A stretch of DNA of 64,000 bases from Escherichia virus TH41. The notes under the pieces are model-generated. The model was not told the DNA's origin. It made no database searches and worked only from the letters and a program-made list of their open reading frames with translations. How positions within the stretch are numbered: the stretch's first letter is position 1; the number at the start of each line of letters is the position of its first letter. This document shows, one piece after another, positions 9,095-17,480 of the stretch. The stretch lies in sequence record MT446412.1. The stretch is one strand, 5' to 3'. The position numbers were made by a program, and so were the translations under genes.

Positions 9095-9649
9095 ATGAGC
9101 TTATATACTGACCTTCTATCAAATGTAGACTGGTTTGGTGGTAGTGGTCTTGCCACTGAAACTAACACAGTTCTTTATAGAATCCGCGGTGACCTAGGTT
9201 ATTCCAATGATTTCTTAAGAAGAACAACAAGTCGCGGCGATACTACAAAATTGCCTTTTATTTTTGCTTTAGCTGAAGACCTTTCTTTTGCAGATGCCTT
9301 GGAAATTATTGATGTAAATCTGGGTATTCAACGAGTGGAATTCGGCGGGCTGAGTTATTCCGTGTATGCATTAAACGACCCAAGCGATTATAAACAACTT
9401 ATTGATGCGGATGATTATGACCATTTGGTATGTTATTTGATGTTGGAAAATGGTGACCACTTTGGAATGGTTGACCGCCGCCCAACTTATACTGATATTA
9501 AAAATTATGATAAAGATGAGCTTCTTGATTTGGCGGCTGAGTACACATTAGAGAGTCGTAAACGGAAACGTAAGCTTAATCGTTTTATTGCTGAATGTCG
9601 TGAATATGCTAAAGGGGTTCAAAATGCGAACGTTATATCTGCCAAGTAA
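9095..9649 (+). CDS. hypothetical protein with basic RKRKRK segment and FIAEC motif
   Basis: ATG 9095 after GGAGG RBS; 3' end overlaps next gene. Confidence 0.5.
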   Translation: MSLYTDLLSNVDWFGGSGLATETNTVLYRIRGDLGYSNDFLRRTTSRGDTTKLPFIFALAEDLSFADALEIIDVNLGIQRVEFGGLSYSVYALNDPSDYKQLIDADDYDHLVCYLMLENGDHFGMVDRRPTYTDIKNYDKDELLDLAAEYTLESRKRKRKLNRFIAECREYAKGVQNANVISAK

Positions 9650-9983
9650 ACCAGAAAAATTTGTATACGCAGACAAGATTGATAAAGACCTTATGCCTCC
9701 ATTTGGAGCTTTGTCCATGTGCATCGTTGGGGTTATAATGATGGTGCTTTGTGGGGATATGAATATCATTAGTGTTGGAGTCGCCTGGTCACTAATAATT
9801 GCAGCACCTTTTATTACAGTCCTGAGCATGATATTGATAAATGTGTGGCATCAAAATCATATGAATAAAGGATATCGTGGGCGAGTTAAAGAGTGGGAAC
9901 AAAAATGCGTTTCCCTGCAAGAAGAGCACAAAATTAAATGTGCCGAAGAATTTATTAAGGAGGTTCGTAATGGAACGGCCTAG
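9624..9983 (+). CDS. small two-TM membrane protein (FIKE tail family)
   Basis: Two hydrophobic helices then basic segment and ...EEFIKEVRNGTA. Confidence 0.5.
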   Translation: MRTLYLPSKPEKFVYADKIDKDLMPPFGALSMCIVGVIMMVLCGDMNIISVGVAWSLIIAAPFITVLSMILINVWHQNHMNKGYRGRVKEWEQKCVSLQEEHKIKCAEEFIKEVRNGTA

Positions 9984-10323
9984 TCTTGCATCACATGTTT
10001 ATCAATTGGCTGAATATGATATTGGTGCCAATTTATTATTAGGGATTGTCACCGCCATGCTTGGTGGTTTGGTTGGTCTGGTAATGACCACGGTTATGGC
10101 TGCAATCGAGGGAGTCATGCCCATTGAGATGGGTTTCTTTATGATAATCGCTCCGGCTGTTGTGTCTTATTTTATCCCTGTTGTGTATGATATCTGTCAC
10201 ACAAATGCAGTGAATGCTCCTAGTCGGAAGAGATATGGTTCAGCAATGGCTGAGTATAATAAGTTCCTGAACAAAACAAAACGTAATGAACTTGAAACCT
10301 TTATTAAGGAATGTAAATCATGA
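9970..10323 (+). CDS. small two-TM membrane protein (FIKEC tail family)
   Basis: Two TM helices, C-terminus ...LETFIKECKS. Confidence 0.5.
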   Translation: MERPSLASHVYQLAEYDIGANLLLGIVTAMLGGLVGLVMTTVMAAIEGVMPIEMGFFMIIAPAVVSYFIPVVYDICHTNAVNAPSRKRYGSAMAEYNKFLNKTKRNELETFIKECKS

Positions 10324-10610
10324 ATAAAATTGAAATTGCTATCCCCAAGTATTATGATGAGAAATCTGCAGAAAAAGCTATCTATTCTCTTCTAAATAAG
10401 ACCTCTGAAATTGAAAAACACTGTGAAGAAATCGCAGATGAATATGGTATCGAATTCAGCACTGGTGATTACGGCACCGGCCGTACATATCACCCAGTCG
10501 GTTATGAATGTTCCGAATGGTTCGCTCACCATATTGAAAACAACGGCGGACAAGTTGAAAACGGCATTGTTACTGTTGGTGCCTGGGTTTCCTCTTCTGA
10601 GGTGTGCTAA
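10320..10610 (+). CDS. small protein, member 1 of C-terminal W-x-S-S-x-x-C tandem family
   Basis: Ends ...GAWVSSSEVC; ATGA overlap with upstream gene. Confidence 0.55.
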   Translation: MNKIEIAIPKYYDEKSAEKAIYSLLNKTSEIEKHCEEIADEYGIEFSTGDYGTGRTYHPVGYECSEWFAHHIENNGGQVENGIVTVGAWVSSSEVC

Positions 10611-10611
10611 T

Positions 10612-10893
10612 ATGATGAATGATTACCGTAAAAATAAAGAACTGGCTAACGCAGTAAATGACATCCATAAAGCTATTCGTCGTGCTGAGGAAATTGCAAA
10701 CAAATATGAGACTCATTTTAATATATACCCTGCTCGCGGTATGGGCGGTGACTATTATTCTCCTGGCGCCCTGAAAGCTGACCTTGCTCATTGGGAAGAA
10801 CATGGTCATCCTGAATGGGCTATTGTTAATACTCATGACTATACAACTGACCTGGAAAAAGGCGGTTGGGTGTCCTCCTCTTCTGAATGTTAA
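10612..10893 (+). CDS. small protein, member 2 of W-x-S-S-x-x-C tandem family
   Basis: Ends ...GGWVSSSSEC; ATG 1 nt after previous stop. Confidence 0.55.
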   Translation: MMNDYRKNKELANAVNDIHKAIRRAEEIANKYETHFNIYPARGMGGDYYSPGALKADLAHWEEHGHPEWAIVNTHDYTTDLEKGGWVSSSSEC

Positions 10894-10902
10894 GGAACTA
10901 TT

Positions 10903-11100
10903 ATGTCTCGTGAACTAGATTGTGCAATCCGTACTGCCGCGGCAGCTATTGAAAACGTTATCCAGATTTGTAAAGAAGAGCGTGAAGAAGCTGATATCTA
11001 TATCGATGGTGTTCGTGACCTAGAACGACATATCACGCTTTATAATGGTTGTATTACTATTAGTGGTACCTCTTGGGTGTCCTCCTCTTACGAATGCTAA
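10903..11100 (+). CDS. small protein, member 3 of W-x-S-S-x-x-C tandem family
   Basis: Ends ...TSWVSSSYEC; RBS TAAGGAA formed by previous stop. Confidence 0.55.
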   Translation: MSRELDCAIRTAAAAIENVIQICKEEREEADIYIDGVRDLERHITLYNGCITISGTSWVSSSYEC

Positions 11101-11109
11101 GGAAATAAA

Positions 11110-11328
11110 ATGACTGCTAAAACTGTTAAAGAAATTGAAGACCAAATCCGTGCACTAATCTGTGAAGGTGAACAACTGGCCGATAAAACCGGCGAACACT
11201 TCCGTAGCGGTGGCGAAGAATATATTCCAGCTTCTAGTCCGGAATATAACGATTATGAATGGGTTCGTGACGAATATTGTATTCCAGAAGGTGAAGGTTT
11301 CTGGTTTAACTCCTCTATGTCTTGCTAA
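11110..11328 (+). CDS. small protein, member 4 of W-x-S-S-x-x-C tandem family
   Basis: Ends ...GFWFNSSMSC; RBS TAAGGAA. Confidence 0.55.
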   Translation: MTAKTVKEIEDQIRALICEGEQLADKTGEHFRSGGEEYIPASSPEYNDYEWVRDEYCIPEGEGFWFNSSMSC

Positions 11329-11337
11329 GGTGATAAA

Positions 11338-11571
11338 ATGACTACTGCTGTTGAACATGCTGAATTAGAAAAAGCTGCCCTTGAACTGGCTGCACTGTAT
11401 AAGAAAGTAAAAGATATGGCTTTTGCTCAAGATTTCGGTGTTGAGCTTGATGATTATGACGGCGAAGTCCGTCTTGAAGACTGGTTGAACAGTTCTTGTT
11501 ATGGTGAAGAAGCTGGTCGTACCTTCGTTGCTCGTGCCGATGGTAAAATCTGGTACCCAAGTTCATGTTAA
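11338..11571 (+). CDS. small protein, member 5 of W-x-S-S-x-x-C tandem family
   Basis: Contains DWLNSSC and ends ...KIWYPSSC. Confidence 0.55.
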   Translation: MTTAVEHAELEKAALELAALYKKVKDMAFAQDFGVELDDYDGEVRLEDWLNSSCYGEEAGRTFVARADGKIWYPSSC

Positions 11572-11792
11572 AATTGAAAAAACGATACATTCGTAAAATA
11601 AATGGTCTTCGCGATTATGCCAAAGGTTGGCCATTAAATCTTATTATGGCTGATAGACATCCACGTTACAATACCGAGTTGACTTATTACAAAAAGTATG
11701 ATTCGTATTGTCGGTCTAAAGCGGGTCGTTTAGATGGTTCCTATGAAGAATATTTCGGTAAAAAACCTACTCGCATTTCGTTAGGAAAATAA
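11565..11792 (+). CDS. small basic hypothetical protein
   Basis: 75 aa, Lys/Arg/Tyr-rich; start overlaps previous stop. Confidence 0.45.
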   Translation: MLKLKKRYIRKINGLRDYAKGWPLNLIMADRHPRYNTELTYYKKYDSYCRSKAGRLDGSYEEYFGKKPTRISLGK

Positions 11793-11823
11793 TTTAATCA
11801 CAAGGATGTGATAGGAGGACTTT

Positions 11824-12153
11824 GTGCATAAAGATTCAGTATTCAAATATCTTTTGAAAACAGATAAAGAATTCTATATGAATGGGCAAGCTTTCTTGTT
11901 CGTTCGCGGTAAACGTGAGATGTTTTACAAATGCGACCTCTCAATGCATCATCATATGTATCATACCCACGGTGAGTTTATACTGGGGTTCTCTGGTGAC
12001 GAAACCAGACATATAGCTATGTACTACGACCATTTTAAGCTCAATGATTGCGGTGACAACGCTCTGGTCTGGAATCCATCTTGGCGTCGTTGGGATAAGG
12101 TAGACAACGATAAATTATTTTTAGAATATTGTAGAAGCAGTATACAAGTCTAA
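11824..12153 (+). CDS. His-rich hypothetical protein (GTG start)
   Basis: GTG start 7 nt after GGAGGA RBS; motif MHHHMYHTHGE. Confidence 0.45.
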   Translation: MHKDSVFKYLLKTDKEFYMNGQAFLFVRGKREMFYKCDLSMHHHMYHTHGEFILGFSGDETRHIAMYYDHFKLNDCGDNALVWNPSWRRWDKVDNDKLFLEYCRSSIQV

Positions 12154-12217
12154 AAAACTGTGTTACTATACTCCTATCAACTGATGACAATCACGTTATC
12201 AGAACAGGAGAATAAAA

Positions 12218-12418
12218 ATGTCTATCGCAAACGAATTAATCAAAGTTCTGAACGAAGCCAAAGTCAACCAACTGGAGGTTAATCTCCAGGAAGTTTCTGA
12301 TGGCATTAAAGTAACCATCAGTGGTGATTACGCAGGCGTCACAGAACGTGTTTGTGATTCTCTGGAAGAAGTAGTTTCCTGCATTAAAAGAGATATTTAC
12401 GCATACGGTATTATTTGA
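12218..12418 (+). CDS. hypothetical protein
   Basis: 66 aa, GGAG RBS. Confidence 0.45.
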   Translation: MSIANELIKVLNEAKVNQLEVNLQEVSDGIKVTISGDYAGVTERVCDSLEEVVSCIKRDIYAYGII

Positions 12419-12428
12419 GGAAAATATT

Positions 12429-12596
12429 ATGTATAATGTTCTTATTGTTTTTGTCACTCACCCGCAAGGTGGAGTAAGACAGAATACTTCTCAAGTGGTT
12501 CAATTTTCTTCACTAGAGGCCGCCAATCTTGCTGCCTCACGAATTGAAGCGAAAAAATCTGAACTAGGTAAATATGAAGTAACTCGTCTTTATTAA
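12429..12596 (+). CDS. small hypothetical protein
   Basis: 55-aa ORF (below the track cutoff) filling the gap before 12612; GAGGAAAA RBS. Confidence 0.35.
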   Translation: MYNVLIVFVTHPQGGVRQNTSQVVQFSSLEAANLAASRIEAKKSELGKYEVTRLY

Positions 12597-12611
12597 TCTG
12601 AGGAAAATATT

Positions 12612-13571
12612 ATGATGTTAGTTATTGGTTCTCGTGCATTGCATAACGCTGGTCTGATTGAAAGTCAGAAAATTGAAAATTCTGATTGGGACTTTATCGC
12701 TGACCAAGGTTCTTGGAACCACTTTAAAGCACGTATGTTCGGTGCTCATGTTCCTGTGGATAACCCTAACGTCCAAGCTTTTAAATGTATGTACAATGGC
12801 AAAGAAACCTATTTTGAAGCTTATATTGTCCGTGCCCTGACCAACGTACGAGAAATTACTGGTGAGCTTCAAGACGAAGATTTCACCTCAAGTTATCGTC
12901 TCCTGAAATATGCTGAAAATCATATTAAAAAAGATCGTCTTACAGGTTTTTACTGGGCAACTCCTGATATTTGTCTGGCAATTAAATTATCTCATCGTTA
13001 CCTGAAGAACAATCCATTCTTCCTGAAGACCATGAGTCATATTAATTACCTTCGCAATAAGGGTGTTGTTCTTAATGATGAACTGCAGAAAATCATGTTG
13101 CAGCGTCAGGCAGAAACACTGTCATACAGCCACCCTAAACTAGACGTGGGCAAGAAAACTTTCTTTAATGATACAATCTATACCCTTGACCATGACTCCA
13201 TCCACGAGGCTGTGGCGCTTGCTGATAAGCCTGCATATAAGTTCTATATGAAGGATGATTCAGAAGTCATGACCTCACGTGAAAAATTTGAAGCACTCCC
13301 TGATGTTATTAAACTGGCAGGGGTTTATGAAGAAGCATGTGTGCTTGCTCTGGAGCGTTCGCAGGTTCCAAATGAGTTCAATATCTCTCCATCCGTGAGC
13401 TTCCATATTGCGCTGGAAAAAGTCTGCACCTCCATTACTTCTGGATGGTTCCGTGAGTATGCCTGGGAACATTACCAGGAAGTGGTTAATATGTATAACA
13501 CTCTGGGGCGCGAAGACTATGTTAAACGCTTCAAGGCTAACCAACATTTAATTCGTCCTTTCACAAAATAA
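12612..13571 (+). CDS. hypothetical protein, possible nucleotidyltransferase-fold enzyme
   Basis: 319 aa; N-terminal VIGS(R)...17 aa...SDWDF resembles Pol-beta NTase hG[GS]...DxD, but the spacer is long. Confidence 0.5.
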   Translation: MMLVIGSRALHNAGLIESQKIENSDWDFIADQGSWNHFKARMFGAHVPVDNPNVQAFKCMYNGKETYFEAYIVRALTNVREITGELQDEDFTSSYRLLKYAENHIKKDRLTGFYWATPDICLAIKLSHRYLKNNPFFLKTMSHINYLRNKGVVLNDELQKIMLQRQAETLSYSHPKLDVGKKTFFNDTIYTLDHDSIHEAVALADKPAYKFYMKDDSEVMTSREKFEALPDVIKLAGVYEEACVLALERSQVPNEFNISPSVSFHIALEKVCTSITSGWFREYAWEHYQEVVNMYNTLGREDYVKRFKANQHLIRPFTK

Positions 13572-13630
13572 GTGTGTACATCCAAGTGGGACCATGACAC
13601 AATGGTCCCACAATCAATGAGGAAAATATT

Positions 13631-14317
13631 ATGAACAGTCCAAAAACTTTTAATTCTCAAGCTCGTGCAGTAGGCGGTTTCGCTGGTAAAATTTCTAATG
13701 ATAAAATCAAAAACGAAACTATGTTCTTCAACAGCTCATTGGCTTTCGCTTTTGACAATGGCGGTCCTATTACTCGCAGCTTTATCATGAACCTGCCGGA
13801 TGATTGGAACACTGACCAGGTTGTATTTGATTCTCGGGTTCATATGTTGATGCCTGGTTGGTATCCTGCTATCCCTGGGTATCACCATGATGATGTGCCA
13901 CGCCCGGATATTCCGGTTGGTCAACACTTTATTACTGCAGGGCAACCTGATTATGATAATCCTCGTTACCATTCTGAACATATTCTTGGTCTTGTTAACG
14001 CCGATGTGTGTCCTACTTATTTTGCAACCGGAACTGCGCAATTTAGTCAGATTCCTGAAGGCGAACTTATCTATCGCCAGTGGCATAAAGAAGTTCTGGA
14101 AAAAATTGAGTCCAATGAATTAACCAAGTGGGATGCTCCTGACCGCACGTTGCTCCAGTTTGATTGGCAGACATGGCATACAGGTTCTCGCGCAGTAAGT
14201 AATGGTTGGCGCTGGTTTGGTCGTGTGTCTCGTAATACCGACCGTGTTAAAAAGATTACAAATGAAATCCGCGTTAATGCTCAAGTATATCTGGAATTCC
14301 CTATGGAGGGCTGGTAA
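13631..14317 (+). CDS. hypothetical protein, possible 2OG-Fe(II)-oxygenase-like
   Basis: 228 aa with YHHDD and distal WHTGSR...R; weak motif evidence only. Confidence 0.45.
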   Translation: MNSPKTFNSQARAVGGFAGKISNDKIKNETMFFNSSLAFAFDNGGPITRSFIMNLPDDWNTDQVVFDSRVHMLMPGWYPAIPGYHHDDVPRPDIPVGQHFITAGQPDYDNPRYHSEHILGLVNADVCPTYFATGTAQFSQIPEGELIYRQWHKEVLEKIESNELTKWDAPDRTLLQFDWQTWHTGSRAVSNGWRWFGRVSRNTDRVKKITNEIRVNAQVYLEFPMEGW

Positions 14318-14904
14318 TGGCCCTTTATGAACCCGGTTGTATGGGTGTTGATGTAAACTTCATCCGCCGGGCAGAAAATGCAGGTATAATTGTATCAAGA
14401 GATGAATTTATGATTACCAAAAAATATTGGGCGAACCTTGATGATGGTGATGAAGGAATCAAGGTGGAAAATGTTGATTGGTCGCGATGCAATCGTCATG
14501 TGAAAGAGCTTTTAATTAAGGAATATAAAATGGGATACATCATTAACGGACATCAACCAGAACCACTCAAAGAACAGACACCCGACCCATTAATTTCTTA
14601 TAGCAAGAAATATGGATTTCGTACCTGGAGTGATGAATTTGATAAGTTAATTTGTTCCAGGTTTTATGCCTGGTCTGGAATCTTATTTTTACCATTCCTG
14701 TGGTTTTTCCTGACAGGTAAAAATGAAGCACCTGTAGCTGTAATGGGCGCGTGCTTTTCTACTGCTCTTGCTGGACTTATTGCATCATTTTTATGGACTA
14801 TGGTTATTGAAGTACCTTTTCGTATTTCTAAAGTTAAAAAGGTATATGACGATATCACTAAGAAAAATACATTGAACTCTTTTATTGAGGAATGCCGTAA
14901 ATGA
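14317..14904 (+). CDS. membrane protein with soluble N-domain (FIEEC tail family)
   Basis: C-terminal two hydrophobic helices and ...LNSFIEECRK. Confidence 0.5.
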   Translation: MALYEPGCMGVDVNFIRRAENAGIIVSRDEFMITKKYWANLDDGDEGIKVENVDWSRCNRHVKELLIKEYKMGYIINGHQPEPLKEQTPDPLISYSKKYGFRTWSDEFDKLICSRFYAWSGILFLPFLWFFLTGKNEAPVAVMGACFSTALAGLIASFLWTMVIEVPFRISKVKKVYDDITKKNTLNSFIEECRK

Positions 14905-15137
14905 GTATTGCAATTTATATTAAATCCGAGTCATGTGATTCTTATCTGTATTCCTATGACACTGGAACATCAGAAGAGAAAATAAAAGAAGATTTAGAAA
15001 CTGACTTGGATATGTTCCGACCAATTTCCGATTACATGATTCAAGTTTCTGATAGTGAAAGCCCTTCATTGGAAAATAGACTTGAATTTTTAATGAGCGA
15101 TATTTTTAACCAATCATGGAAACGAGACGATGAGTAG
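14901..15137 (+). CDS. small acidic hypothetical protein
   Basis: 78 aa, Asp/Glu/Ser-rich. Confidence 0.45.
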   Translation: MSIAIYIKSESCDSYLYSYDTGTSEEKIKEDLETDLDMFRPISDYMIQVSDSESPSLENRLEFLMSDIFNQSWKRDDE

Positions 15138-15588
15138 GAAAAACAAGGTGAAAGAATTATCTGCTGGCATTATTTTCATGACTGAAGATAAAGAGTTATT
15201 CATGGGTCGTGTGACCGGTTCTCGTAAACCAGGTATGCCTGCACACAAATGGGACATCCCTAAGGGTCATGTTGAAGCTGGTGAATCCCCGATTGAAGCG
15301 GCTATTCGTGAAACCGAAGAAGAAACTGGGTTTACCCAATACGACCCGGCATTCTTAAAAGACCTCGGTGAGTTCCGTTATTCAGATAATAAAAACCTTC
15401 ACCTGTTTTTGTATACGGTTCCTGTCGAGCATGAACAATTCAGGCACAGTAAATGCTCTGCCTATCATACCTTCCCGGATGGCAGTTCGGTCCCAGAGTT
15501 CGATGCATTTGCTCTGATTAAACCGAGTCAATGGCAGTACGTGATGGGTAAATCGATGTACAAGGTAATGACTCAAATTTTCGGATAA
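15130..15588 (+). CDS. nudE: Nudix hydrolase NudE
   Basis: Nudix box GHVEAGESPIEAAIRETEEETG; upstream of e as in T4. Confidence 0.85.
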   Translation: MSRKNKVKELSAGIIFMTEDKELFMGRVTGSRKPGMPAHKWDIPKGHVEAGESPIEAAIRETEEETGFTQYDPAFLKDLGEFRYSDNKNLHLFLYTVPVEHEQFRHSKCSAYHTFPDGSSVPEFDAFALIKPSQWQYVMGKSMYKVMTQIFG

Positions 15589-15614
15589 TAAATACCCCTA
15601 TATAAGGGGGTATT

Positions 15615-16103
15615 ATGAATATATTCGAAATGTTACGCATAGATGAAGGTTGTAAGTTGGATTTGTATAAAGATACAGAAGGCTTTTGGACCATCGGTAT
15701 CGGGCAACTGATAACTAAGAACCCATCGAAAGATGTAGCTCGCGCTGAGCTCGACAAGCTTATGGGTCGTGTTTGTAATGGTCGCATAACCCAGCACGAA
15801 GCTGAAACATTGTTTAATCGTTCGGTCGAAAAAGCTAAAGCCGGAATCTTGAGACACCCTGTCTTAAAACCTGTTTATGATGTACTGGATGAAGTTCGTC
15901 GTTGTGCGCTCATTAATATGGTATTCCAGATGGGTGTTGCTGGTGTTGCTGGTTTTCCTAAGGGTATGCGATTGTTGAAGGCTAAATCATGGGAAGCCGC
16001 CGCTAAGGAACTGGCCGACTCGAGATGGTATAAAGTCCAGACTCCGAACCGGGCTAAACGAGTTATCGAAACTTTCCGCACCGGAACTTTTGACGCATAT
16101 TAG
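15615..16103 (+). CDS. e: endolysin (T4 lysozyme e)
   Basis: [12 protein letters not shown]...[11 protein letters not shown] matches T4 lysozyme including catalytic Glu11/Asp20/Thr26 region. Confidence 0.95.
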   Translation: MNIFEMLRIDEGCKLDLYKDTEGFWTIGIGQLITKNPSKDVARAELDKLMGRVCNGRITQHEAETLFNRSVEKAKAGILRHPVLKPVYDVLDEVRRCALINMVFQMGVAGVAGFPKGMRLLKAKSWEAAAKELADSRWYKVQTPNRAKRVIETFRTGTFDAY

Positions 16104-16132
16104 TGTACATCTCCAAATGGTAGGGTTATAAT
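16104..16132 (+). promoter_or_regulatory. early promoter
   Basis: GTGTAC-17 nt-TATAAT, -10 flanked by inverted repeat TAGGG/CCCTA. Confidence 0.5.
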
Positions 16133-16158
16133 GGCCCTATCAACTACGGAGAACAAAC

Positions 16159-16575
16159 ATGACTCGCATTAATTTAACTCTGGTATCTGAACTTGCTGAC
16201 CAACATCTTATGGCTGAATATCGTGAGCTTCCTCGCGTGTTTGGTGCAGTTCGCAAACATATACAAAATGGTAAAAAGGTTTCTGACTTTAAAATTCCAT
16301 CATCTTTTCTTTTAGGAACTGGTCATGTCACCTTCTTTTATGATAAACTTTTGTTCCTTAAAAACCGTCATCAAGAACTTATTGCGGAATGTTTAAAGCG
16401 AGGGTTTAACATAAAAGATATTTCTACCCAAGATTTAAATGATATTCCTGATGAATGGAAGAATGATTATCAACCATCAATCTGGTCAATTGAAATCAGT
16501 CAAGCCAGACTGAATGAGAAAATTTCTCAAAAGCCTACCTGGTACAAATACTATGGGAAAGCTGTGTACGCTTAA
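16159..16575 (+). CDS. denV: endonuclease V (pyrimidine dimer DNA glycosylase, denV)
   Basis: [29 protein letters not shown]... near-identical to T4 denV. Confidence 0.95.
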   Translation: MTRINLTLVSELADQHLMAEYRELPRVFGAVRKHIQNGKKVSDFKIPSSFLLGTGHVTFFYDKLLFLKNRHQELIAECLKRGFNIKDISTQDLNDIPDEWKNDYQPSIWSIEISQARLNEKISQKPTWYKYYGKAVYA

Positions 16576-16623
16576 CTAAAAAGGTTGTATAATGATTTTA
16601 TCAACCAAACAATGGAATATAAA

Positions 16624-16938
16624 ATGAAAACTTATCAAGAATTTATTACTGAATCTACCCAAAAACGTGTTGAAGGCGGTTATGTCTGGATTGAACAGTT
16701 AACCCCACCAAGTGAAACAAGCACAGGTTCATGGAAAATTACTGTTGATGGTCCTGGCGGCAAACGCAAGACTATTAAAGAAATTAAAGGCTATTATGAT
16801 GAAGCTAAATCATGGGCGGGTAGTCATGTAATGCAGATTAAAATTGCAAATCCGGATAACGTTCATGCAGCAAAAGCATTCCGTCGTATTGGTAATAAAC
16901 TTTATGATGCGTTTTTGCGCGATTTCCCTAAAGCTTAA
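16624..16938 (+). CDS. capsid-targeted internal protein (IPII/IPIII-locus member)
   Basis: MKTYQEFITE at RBS-consistent ATG 16624 (upstream in-frame ATGs lie in the promoter). Confidence 0.6.
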   Translation: MKTYQEFITESTQKRVEGGYVWIEQLTPPSETSTGSWKITVDGPGGKRKTIKEIKGYYDEAKSWAGSHVMQIKIANPDNVHAAKAFRRIGNKLYDAFLRDFPKA

Positions 16939-16951
16939 TTAAAGAGACATT

Positions 16952-17215
16952 ATGAAAACGTATCAAGAATTTATTACTGAATCTGCCAAAGCTCCTGCTG
17001 GTTCCTTTAAAGTCCGCGCCTTCGCTGGCGATGCTGAAGACTTTGGCACCATGAAGCGCAATGGTTATTCTTTCTTTGGTGGCGATGGTAAAGAAATTGT
17101 CACATATGCAAAACGTCGCGAAATCGCATTCGTGGTTGCTGGTAAGAAAGTTGATGCTGACGATATTGAATGGGACTTTGAGACCTTTGGTATTGTTTCT
17201 GGCGGTAAAGCATAA
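16952..17215 (+). CDS. capsid-targeted internal protein
   Basis: MKTYQEFITE; paralog of 2791..3090. Confidence 0.6.
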   Translation: MKTYQEFITESAKAPAGSFKVRAFAGDAEDFGTMKRNGYSFFGGDGKEIVTYAKRREIAFVVAGKKVDADDIEWDFETFGIVSGGKA

Positions 17216-17217
17216 CT

Positions 17218-17246
17218 GTTTACTTTATGATGGGATAGTGTATAAT
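17218..17246 (+). promoter_or_regulatory. early promoter with -10 inside stem-loop
   Basis: GTTTAC-17 nt-TATAAT; inverted repeat ATGGGATA/TATCCCAT brackets the -10; followed by GAGGAG RBS. Confidence 0.6.
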
Positions 17247-17274
17247 TATCCCATCAACTACTGAGGAGAATAAA

Positions 17275-17472
17275 ATGTTAACTTATAAAGAATTTATGAA
17301 AGAAGTTAAAAAACTTAAAAAGACTTCTGGCGATGTTAAAATTGAAATCCATGGTCAAAACGTAAATGTGGTAGCGGATGGCCAGGCATTAGTTCTTTAT
17401 AGTGATAAAGACCAAGAATTTCGTGAAGCACAAAAGAAAAAATTTACCGTATGGCTTAAAAAAGCTGTTTAA
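17275..17472 (+). CDS. small basic protein with CTS-like N-terminus
   Basis: MLTYKEFMKE...; 65 aa. Confidence 0.5.
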   Translation: MLTYKEFMKEVKKLKKTSGDVKIEIHGQNVNVVADGQALVLYSDKDQEFREAQKKKFTVWLKKAV

Positions 17473-17480
17473 GGACCAAT

